DNA of 64,000 bases, taken from an uncultured Bacilli bacterium. GTDB taxonomy: Bacteria; Bacillota_I; Bacilli_A; RF39; UBA660. Each line of letters opens with the position of its first letter. Within the stretch, counting starts at the first letter, position 1. Under the pieces are notes generated by a model that saw nothing but the letters and a program-made list of their open reading frames with translations, did not search any database and had not been told where the DNA came from. The position numbers and the translations under genes were made by a program. The DNA lies in NCBI GenBank assembly GCA_934130375.1, contig CAKOXW010000004.1, forward strand, positions 25,421 to 89,420, given 5' to 3'. Positions 21,433-29,261 of this stretch are shown piece by piece.

Positions 21433-21874
21433 TTATTCACTAGAATCACCATCCTTAAATGGTTTAAGTAATTTTTCTAGTTCAGCTAATTCTTCTTCTG
21501 TTAATGGAACTGATTCACATCTTTTACCATTCCAAGTTTCTACTCCATCATAATCAACACCAATAACTGGACCATCAGCACTAATAAAATCATAATTTTC
21601 TCTTTTGGTTACTGTTACATAAATTGTGTATTGTTTCATTCTTATCAGAATAAGAATTTAAATATCCTTTTAAATATACATTTTTACCCAATAAAAAAAG
21701 ATCTTTATTATTTTCATAAAGATCTTTATAAACTCTTAAACTAGCATAAACTATATTACCATTTTCATTAGTTGAATACTTCTTACAAGTTAGTCCTAAT
21801 GTAATATATCTATTATTAATTATAATATTATTTACCTCACCAGATAATAATATTTCGTTATAAATCATAAACAA
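21433..21874 (-). CDS. OB-fold / SSB-like protein encoded in two overlapping frames (possible frameshift or pseudogene)
   Basis: Track ORFs 21590..21874 and 21433..21639 overlap by 50 nt in frames offset by +1. Read through, ...VYLKGYLNSYSDKNE|KQYTIYVTVTKRENYDFI resembles the last strands of bacterial SSB OB-folds (VEGRLQTRSYE...KRYVTEVVA.N..F). Confidence 0.4.
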
Positions 21875-21980
21875 AACCTCCTGTTTAATTATATATATAA
21901 TTTTTTATATATTAATTATCTTTTAATTTATTTATTATACATGCATATCTATTCATATAATTAATGCACAATACTGCATA

Positions 21981-22379
21981 CTAACCTGAATCATCTTGCA
22001 TATCATTCACATATATTCTTCTTTGAATTAAGACATCATTTTTAATTCTTTCAACATTAATATATCCTTTTTCTTTTAATCTCTTTAAAGAATAATTAAT
22101 TGTTCTTATTTTAACAAAAGATAAATTAGATAATACTTTATTAGTAGCAAAACAATAACCATTTAATCTACTAAGATTATAAATATTACCAAATAAAAAA
22201 CAGTCTGATTTAGTCAAACTGTTATCTTCCATTAATTCTCTTGGAATAATAATAAAATCTTTTTTCAAATACTTTTTTCTCCTTTCTCTAAAATCCCAAA
22301 AACACCAATTTTTAATTGGTATTTTTCTATCAGGATAAGACGATGGTACCGTAACACTAATTTTACTAAGTAAAATCAA
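21981..22379 (-). CDS. winged-helix DNA-binding protein (replication-organizer / HTH_36-like)
   Basis: FIIIPRELMEDNSLTKSDCFLFGNIYNL...INYSLKRLKEKGYINV pattern. The true start is probably TTG at 22268, preceded by AAAGGAGA. Confidence 0.5.
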   Translation of the reverse strand: MILLSKISVTVPSSYPDRKIPIKNWCFWDFRERRKKYLKKDFIIIPRELMEDNSLTKSDCFLFGNIYNLSRLNGYCFATNKVLSNLSFVKIRTINYSLKRLKEKGYINVERIKNDVLIQRRIYVNDMQDDSG

Positions 22380-22546
22380 TGTTTCTTATGGTACCAAACT
22401 TATTTTGCACTTGCAAAATTTATCCCATATAGATAGATTATCTTTGATAAGACATTTAAATATAGGCAAATAAAAAATCCCAATGTAGAAAACATTGAGA
22501 TTTTAATGGGACATTAACAAAAAGTAATACCAACTTTTATTTAAAC

Positions 22547-22652
22547 TATTTACCTACTATAGCAAATATATCAGAAATATTTTTATTATGCAAGTTTCAT
22601 TTTCTTTCCGTTTTTTTCCTTTTTTTGTCATATTATTTACCTATTATAGCAA
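22547..22652. repeat. pair of 19-nt direct repeats in a ~450 bp non-coding stretch
   Basis: TATTTACCTACTATAGCAA (22547-22565) and TATTTACCTATTATAGCAA (22634-22652): one mismatch, 87-bp spacing. Confidence 0.7.
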
Positions 22653-22831
22653 CTTTAACACAGAATTTTTTATTTGTCCATTCGTTTTAAAAGCCATTTT
22701 AACCAATATTTATAACTACATCTATACTTCACTTATGACTTATTTTGCCCTTTAATACTAAGCAATTGTATTAATCAAAAAAATGCAAAAATTTGTACCC
22801 TTTTTGAAAAATCACTAAATTTTTTTAAAAT

Positions 22832-23212
22832 TTATTTAATATCAATATTCCATAATCCTAATTTACCATTAATTACTTTGTCAGATTCTATCTCCTTAAC
22901 ATTCTTCAATTTCCATGCATAACCGCTTCTAAATTTTGAACCATATGCAATATTTTTTTCGTTGATAATTTGTTTATTCAATTCATCATCCAATTCTAAA
23001 CAATCTTCTATTTCAACTTCTGCAACTATTCTTTTGGATGGATATTTTAAATTTAAGTCTTTAAATCTATTCATTTTCTTTTTATCTACACCAGCACCAG
23101 CATGTATTAATATTTTACCCCTATAATTAGTTTTCCATGATCTGAATTCGTATTTTTTTATTTCTTCAGCCACTAAAGTTGCCCATGGTTGTTTCAATGT
23201 TAATACCTTCAT
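22832..23212 (-). CDS. ASCH (PUA-like) domain protein
   Basis: MKVLTLKQPWATLVAEEIKKYEFRSW matches the typical ASCH N-terminal block. ~126 aa. Confidence 0.65.
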   Translation of the reverse strand: MKVLTLKQPWATLVAEEIKKYEFRSWKTNYRGKILIHAGAGVDKKKMNRFKDLNLKYPSKRIVAEVEIEDCLELDDELNKQIINEKNIAYGSKFRSGYAWKLKNVKEIESDKVINGKLGLWNIDIK

Positions 23213-23301
23213 ATTTATCACCAATACTATTTTATCACAATTATTAACCTAATTATTAAGAATTTTTGTTTAATATGTTATAATATATATGGAGGTATAG
23301 T

Positions 23302-24297
23302 ATGGTATTAGATAAAGTAATGTTTGATAAATTACATTCATTTTCAGAAAACATTTGTCAAAATTTTAATATAAAAGAACCAAAAGATAGAAAGTCTCTT
23401 ATTAAGTATCTTGATTCATTACAAAAAGGTATTGATATTGGAGAAATAAACTCTTCATTTATTGGATTAATATTATATGATTTTGTTTCATCAGAAGAAA
23501 CTCGTGATAGACATACAACTGCAAGAATATTTGAAGATATCTTTGGAGAATTAGTTGGTGAAAAAGCTACAGACACTTCATCAAGAGTTAATCCTCAAGT
23601 CCCGGATTATATTAAAGAATATGATAGTTTATGTAATAATGTAGATTGGACGATTAGTCATGATTTAGCAGGTAATAAAAGGGAAAAGGCTGATCACAAA
23701 ATTGATGAATATGAATTATCTATAAAAACATTAAAAGGTAAATTATATAATAAGGATGGCAAAATCATTAATAGTGACTTTAATGATGAAATCAATATAG
23801 GTTCATTATCACATAGAGCCTTATTTATAGGACTAACTGATAAAGCACTTAGTGATAGAAAAGGCGGTTTAGGTTCTCCAAGACAAACAATACCATTGCT
23901 TGAATCAATAAAAGAAAATGATAAATTTGATGAATTTAAAAGCAGAATAAACAATTATGTTAAATATGTATATAGTGATGACATTTTAATCGTTTATAAA
24001 TGTGGATATAAAATGAAAATAACTTTAATACCTGCAGAATCATTCGTTACCGCAATAACAAAAGCTCTTGATGACGAAAATGGTGGAATAAATTCATTTA
24101 CAAAAATTTGGTACAGATGGGAAAATAATAATTTAAGAATAAGATATACAGCATTAATGGACATGATAAGAAAGTTAAATTTAAATTATTATGACACTAT
24201 ATTAAATTTAGAAAATGTATTTGAAAACAAAGAATTTATAGATAATATGATTATCTTAGAAAAACTAATAGATCAAAAAATAGAAGATTTAATTTAA
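23302..24297 (+). CDS. putative type II restriction endonuclease (partner of the adjacent C5-MTase)
   Basis: 331-aa ORF convergent with the methyltransferase gene and overlapping it by 9 nt. No family recognised, so the assignment rests on context only. Confidence 0.5.
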   Translation: MVLDKVMFDKLHSFSENICQNFNIKEPKDRKSLIKYLDSLQKGIDIGEINSSFIGLILYDFVSSEETRDRHTTARIFEDIFGELVGEKATDTSSRVNPQVPDYIKEYDSLCNNVDWTISHDLAGNKREKADHKIDEYELSIKTLKGKLYNKDGKIINSDFNDEINIGSLSHRALFIGLTDKALSDRKGGLGSPRQTIPLLESIKENDKFDEFKSRINNYVKYVYSDDILIVYKCGYKMKITLIPAESFVTAITKALDDENGGINSFTKIWYRWENNNLRIRYTALMDMIRKLNLNYYDTILNLENVFENKEFIDNMIILEKLIDQKIEDLI

Positions 24298-25422
24298 AAA
24301 ATCTTCTATTTTTATTGGAAAAATTTTAGCTATATTATATGCCATTAATACTGGAACAGCATTTCCTATCTGTCTATAACATGCAGAGGTACTTCCTAAA
24401 AACAAAAATGTATCTGGAAAAGATTGGATTCTTGCAACTTCTCTAACACTCATTCTTCTGTTATATTCAGGATGTGGAATAATTAAAGGTCCTCCAGTTC
24501 CACTACCTCTTCCCATAATAGTTGGAGAATGTTTATCCCAATATGTCGGTCTATTTCCAACCATATGTGATTTTTTTTGATTTAATTTACATCTAGACGA
24601 AGTATGATTTAATATTTCACAACCATCAACATTGGTTTCTTCAGGTAATCCATAAATTGTATCTCTTAATGTTTGATATTGATATTTAATATTTGAATCA
24701 AAATAATCATTAATATTTATCTTTTTCTTATTACACAACTTATTAAACATATCTGTAACAACTAAGTATGTATTTTGAGGTTGTTTAATGTTACTATTCT
24801 TTGAATGAGTTTCTTTTACTAATAATCTCTTTTTAACTTTTTTTAAATCAACTGTTTTTTCCATGATAGGCATTTTAATTTTTTGAGCATAGTCATTTCT
24901 TACTCCAAAGATTATTACTCTTTCACGATTTTGTGGAACTCCATAATTCAATGCATTTAACACATTATAATAAACAGTATATCCTTCGCCAATAGATTCA
25001 ATATCTTTGATAATCATTTCTAAGATTTTTCCTTTTTCCATATTTTCTAATCCTTTAACATTTTCTAGTAATATAAATTTAGGATTTTTAATTTTAATCA
25101 TTTTTAAAACTTGCAAATACAAGAAATTTCTTTCATCTTCCATACTTCTATTTATATTAGCTATCGAAAAACCTTGACAAGGGAATCCACCTATAACTAT
25201 ATCAGCATCTGGTATTTCTTTTTTCAATTTTTCTTCATCTTGATTTAAATACTCTAATATATCTCCTCTAACAACCTTGTGTTTATTAAATCTATTAAAA
25301 TTTTCTTCATATGTATCAACTGCATAATCATCAAAATCATTTGCCCACACGATTTTGTGACCAGCTAAAGAAAATCCTAAGTCTAAACCACCAGCGCCAG
25401 AAAACATTGATATTACTTTCAT
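24289..25422 (-). CDS. DNA (cytosine-5)-methyltransferase
   Basis: Motif I FSGAGGLDLG, motif IV GGFPCQGFS, motif VI ENVKGL, motif VIII QNRERV, motif X GNAVP. Confidence 0.92.
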   Translation of the reverse strand: MKVISMFSGAGGLDLGFSLAGHKIVWANDFDDYAVDTYEENFNRFNKHKVVRGDILEYLNQDEEKLKKEIPDADIVIGGFPCQGFSIANINRSMEDERNFLYLQVLKMIKIKNPKFILLENVKGLENMEKGKILEMIIKDIESIGEGYTVYYNVLNALNYGVPQNRERVIIFGVRNDYAQKIKMPIMEKTVDLKKVKKRLLVKETHSKNSNIKQPQNTYLVVTDMFNKLCNKKKININDYFDSNIKYQYQTLRDTIYGLPEETNVDGCEILNHTSSRCKLNQKKSHMVGNRPTYWDKHSPTIMGRGSGTGGPLIIPHPEYNRRMSVREVARIQSFPDTFLFLGSTSACYRQIGNAVPVLMAYNIAKIFPIKIEDFLN

Positions 25423-25453
25423 TATTTATCACTCCTAACTGATTGTTGCCTAA

Positions 25454-27676
25454 TTATTTTAAATCTATTTCTTCTTCAGCTTTATTATATAACTCAATTT
25501 TATTATTAACATCAACTTTTGTAACAAGCCATTTTCTTAGAGAACACATTCTTACAAAATCATCAATTCTATTTATCCCATTGATTTCTTTTAATGTAAT
25601 TACAATTCCAAACTTTATTCCTTCACCATCTCTTTTTTCTAATCGCTCTTTAGTCTTAATGCTTATTCCCCATAATTCATTTGAATATTTCTTTTTAGGT
25701 CTGGAACCATCTTTTAATATTTCCATTATATGTTTTACATTATCCCATTTTCTATAATTTTTTCGTGCATTTCCTTCATACATATAGTGACCTTCTTCGG
25801 TTTGATAGTTATTGTTTATTGTTTTTATATGACCTTTATCATCAATTCTACCAAATGATAAATCCAGCTCAGTATTAGTATAATCTACACCTTGATTTCT
25901 TGAACAATTTGGAAAATAACATAATGTTGCTTTAGAGATAAATGGATATTTATCATTATGTAATGGAACAGGAATATCATATGTATATGTATCATATTTT
26001 TCAGAAATTCCTTCAATAACAAATTTAATTTCATCATCTTTTGAATTAATAATATCTTCTATTCTCTTTGGAACGACACCATACCCTAATAACGGTGCCT
26101 GTTTTTGATTAATAATTTCTTTCCAATTTGTGGCAGAATCAATTATTAATGCTTTGGCAACTTCTCTACTTAAGCCTAAAATATCAATCAAATATGACAT
26201 TTTTCTTGAAATCCATGGAGCAGCAAATGATGTTCCTGCTAATAGGCATTCTCCACAAGAGTTACAAGCCTTAATATAATCGTTTTTGTCTCCACCATAA
26301 TAGCAAATATCAGGTTTATTAAAAAAAGACAATACTAATCCTTTTCTAGAATATGAAGCTGATATTCCTTTTGAATCAACTGAATTAACAACCAATGCGT
26401 TTATCGAATCTGCAGGAGCGCCAATCATCTCAACACTTTCTTTTTGCTTATTAGTCCCTGCAATTACAAATATAACATTATTTTCATATTGAATTTTATC
26501 TAAAATTGCTGCTTCAGGTGATATAAAGTTTGGATTGATTTCTAGTGCCGAACCAAGTGATAAATTCCATACTCTAATATCCTTATTGGTTTTTACTATT
26601 TCTTTTATGTGTCTTAATATCGCAAACGAACTCATTTGCTTAGAAAGTGCAACACCAAAATGTCTAACTTTAAATCTACCGCATCCATCATCTAGTTCAG
26701 GATTAATATTTGGTCCATCTACTATAATTGATGATACTGCTGTACCATGATCCATATCCTCTGAGGATGTTTCTATATCATCTGAAATCATTTTATGATA
26801 CTTAACCCAATTAGAAAAATAGCATCTAGTATCAAATAATGTATCAATTACTCCAATTGTTGGTTCATTAGTTGGATTTGGTAATTTAGGTAATGTATCA
26901 TCATCTAATGTAATAAAATCATCTTTTGATAGTTCTGAGATATCGCTTAAAGTCATGGCAATTAGATATGGTGCCTTCATTTTTAATAATTCCAATTGGT
27001 CTGGTGTTAATAATACCGTAGAATCTTCCTCAATAATTCTTTGAGTCAAAATATCTATACCCAATTTATCCATAATTTCTTTTATATTATCATCAGTCTT
27101 ATATAAAGTAACTAATGCATTGTCACTAATAATATCACTATTATCTGGCAAGTCAAACTTTTCTACATAATATGCATCCACAATTATTTGATTGAAAGCT
27201 GATTTAGAAAGTCCAATGCTTGTCAAATATTTAGATAATGCATCTATATTATCTAATTTTTTTTGTGAAACTACACCAGACATTTTTTCATTTACACACC
27301 TAATAACTAAATCCAATTTACTAATAGATGTATTTAATGAATCCAAATGTATATAATGTGTAATAATATGTTTTGGAATTTTTTTATCAGTAAATTTTGC
27401 ACCTACTATTGTGTTATTTGTAACCTTACCAGATTCATGAAGAATTGCAGATATTCGATTACTCTTTGCAATTACATCGATATAATACACACTAATTAGT
27501 GCACCTTTAACAACATTTTGTGTACTCCAAAAACTATATAATTTTTTTAATTGAGATAATAAAGTTTCCAAATGCTCGACTATCACAATTGAACTACCTG
27601 GAAGTGTAGCAGGTCCCGGAGTTGAATTATTAGATCTTTGATGAAATTGTCCTTTTAATTGCAATAAATTATTCAT
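25454..27676 (-). CDS. S8 (subtilisin-like) serine peptidase with ~270-aa unknown N-terminal region; IetS-like
   Basis: Catalytic triad blocks IGVIDT (Asp), DHGTAVSS (His) and GTSFAAPWIS (Ser). The start lies 3 nt after the stop of the upstream AAA+ gene. Confidence 0.8.
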   Translation of the reverse strand: MNNLLQLKGQFHQRSNNSTPGPATLPGSSIVIVEHLETLLSQLKKLYSFWSTQNVVKGALISVYYIDVIAKSNRISAILHESGKVTNNTIVGAKFTDKKIPKHIITHYIHLDSLNTSISKLDLVIRCVNEKMSGVVSQKKLDNIDALSKYLTSIGLSKSAFNQIIVDAYYVEKFDLPDNSDIISDNALVTLYKTDDNIKEIMDKLGIDILTQRIIEEDSTVLLTPDQLELLKMKAPYLIAMTLSDISELSKDDFITLDDDTLPKLPNPTNEPTIGVIDTLFDTRCYFSNWVKYHKMISDDIETSSEDMDHGTAVSSIIVDGPNINPELDDGCGRFKVRHFGVALSKQMSSFAILRHIKEIVKTNKDIRVWNLSLGSALEINPNFISPEAAILDKIQYENNVIFVIAGTNKQKESVEMIGAPADSINALVVNSVDSKGISASYSRKGLVLSFFNKPDICYYGGDKNDYIKACNSCGECLLAGTSFAAPWISRKMSYLIDILGLSREVAKALIIDSATNWKEIINQKQAPLLGYGVVPKRIEDIINSKDDEIKFVIEGISEKYDTYTYDIPVPLHNDKYPFISKATLCYFPNCSRNQGVDYTNTELDLSFGRIDDKGHIKTINNNYQTEEGHYMYEGNARKNYRKWDNVKHIMEILKDGSRPKKKYSNELWGISIKTKERLEKRDGEGIKFGIVITLKEINGINRIDDFVRMCSLRKWLVTKVDVNNKIELYNKAEEEIDLK

Positions 27677-27679
27677 ATT

Positions 27680-28714
27680 CTAATCTCTCCATTCTCTAGA
27701 AACCTGACTTTTAGAAATCCCAGTAATTATTTCAATTTCTCTAACAGTGAATCCTAGTTTTTGTAAATCTTTTAATTGCATTTTTTTATCTTTATTTATT
27801 TTCTTATATAATGTTTTTAAATAATCTAATTCACAATCAGGATTACTAAAAGCAATAGATGTTTTAATTAAATTTCTCAAATCTCCAGGATATGGAATTG
27901 GTTCCATTAAATTAATTATCTTCTTAAATAGTTTTATATTTCTTCCAGCATTTTTAAATTTTAAAAGCATTTCATTTAAGATATATTCTGAAACTTCCAA
28001 TAAATCTTCCCTTGAATAATTGTTAAAATTAATTATAGAATCAAATCTTCTTATTAATGCCTTATCAAATGAAGAAAATAAATTAGTTGTAGCAATAAAT
28101 AGAATATTATCATTTAATTGATCTAATTCTTTTAAAATCGTTGAAGTTGCTCTTCCCATTTCTCTAATATCATTATCATTCATTCTGTCTAATGCTATAG
28201 CATCTATTTCATCAAAAAGTATTATCACCTTTTCAGGATGAGGCATCTTTTTTATTTCGTAGAATAACTCCGTAATATTCTTAGCAGTTTGTCCTAATTT
28301 GCTATCAACAACCATGCTAAAATCAACAGAAAAAATATCCCTTTCAAGTATCCTTGATAATTGCCTTACAGTCTCTGTCTTGCCAGTGCCTGGAGCACCT
28401 TCAAATAAAAATTTATTTACCCCTACATTGTGTTTAACAGCATGAATTAATCCGATAATATCATCTTTTATACTTTCAGGTAATGGAAATGGTTCTTTAC
28501 TTGGAGATAGTTTTTTAAAAAAAACCAAGTCAGATTTTTCAATTTGAGGTACAAATGTATTTACATCAGATAGAAGTGCAAGTATATATTCTGATAATTC
28601 AACATCACCAGTTTTATCAAAGTATTTTGCAATTTCATATGCTTCATTTCTAAAATATTCATCATTGTTTTCTGTATGATATTTAATTAAATTTAATATA
28701 TTCTTCTTCTTCAT
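27680..28714 (-). CDS. AAA+ ATPase with C-terminal HTH-like tail; IetA-like
   Basis: Walker A GAPGTGKT, Walker B VIILFDEIDA, sensor-like ATTN. The C-terminus GFTVREIEIITGISKSQVSREW looks like a helix-turn-helix. Start at M7 with RBS GGTGA. Confidence 0.8.
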   Translation of the reverse strand: MKKKNILNLIKYHTENNDEYFRNEAYEIAKYFDKTGDVELSEYILALLSDVNTFVPQIEKSDLVFFKKLSPSKEPFPLPESIKDDIIGLIHAVKHNVGVNKFLFEGAPGTGKTETVRQLSRILERDIFSVDFSMVVDSKLGQTAKNITELFYEIKKMPHPEKVIILFDEIDAIALDRMNDNDIREMGRATSTILKELDQLNDNILFIATTNLFSSFDKALIRRFDSIINFNNYSREDLLEVSEYILNEMLLKFKNAGRNIKLFKKIINLMEPIPYPGDLRNLIKTSIAFSNPDCELDYLKTLYKKINKDKKMQLKDLQKLGFTVREIEIITGISKSQVSREWRD

Positions 28715-28730
28715 ATTATCACCTATATTC

Positions 28731-28770
28731 ATTATATATCATTTGGGACACTTTTGCAATATTCGGGACA
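28731..28770 (-). promoter_or_regulatory. sigma-A-type promoter of the AAA+/S8 operon flanked by direct TGTCCC repeats
   Basis: Minus strand: TGTCCC gaata TTGCAA aag TGTCCC aaatgata TATAAT. -35 TTGCAA (28754-28759), 17-nt spacer, -10 TATAAT (28731-28736). GGGACA on the plus strand at 28745-28750 and 28765-28770. Confidence 0.5.
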
Positions 28771-28842
28771 TATTTTTTATTTTTAGTAAGATGTAAAGTA
28801 AATAAAAAGACAACTTATTTTTTATAAATTGTCTTTAAAATC

Positions 28843-29163
28843 TTAGTTTTTCTCGAAGAAAGTTAATTTACCACAAGAGCCTTCACCACCCCCTGCATTC
28901 AAGTGATTAGATAATACAATTACGTCACTATTATTGCCATATGCATTAAGAATACTTTTCACCCTATCATTAGGATTTATAGTAACATCACTTGTTCTTG
29001 TAATACTAACAGGCACACCTAATTCCTTTAATCTATCATAAATATAATTTGCTATTCTTAAATTATATTCCTTCTCAATAACACCATTGCCAGATGCACC
29101 GGGATCAACTCCTCCGTGCCCTGCATCTACAACCACTTTCTTCGTTGTTCTATCATCATTCAT
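28843..29163 (-). pseudogene. 5' fragment of the interrupted Amidase_3-LysM gene
   Basis: MNDDRTTKKVVVDAGHGGVDPGASGNG...VLSNHLNAGGGEG is the proximal half of an Amidase_3 domain. After GGGEG the frame continues into element DNA (SCGKLTFFEKN*) and stops. Confidence 0.85.
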
Positions 29164-29261
29164 ATTATCACCTATTTTATAATATGACTTTTACCCAAAA
29201 TGGTCACTATATAATGCGTCTAATACCAAAAATTGATAATTTTTTTTACCAATTATCAATT

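Larger units (their letters stand above)
19017..28890 (-). mobile_element. ~9.86 kb serine-recombinase element inserted in the amidase-LysM gene (intervening-element / degenerate prophage-like)
   Basis: The junctions carry a 12-nt patch that matches at 9 of 12 positions and sits in the same codon phase: ACCTTTCCCACC (19017-19028) and GCCTTCACCACC (28879-28890). Joining them would give ...LSNHLNAGGG(E/K)GAEAIYALRNND.... The recombinase gene is next to the left end. Confidence 0.8.
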
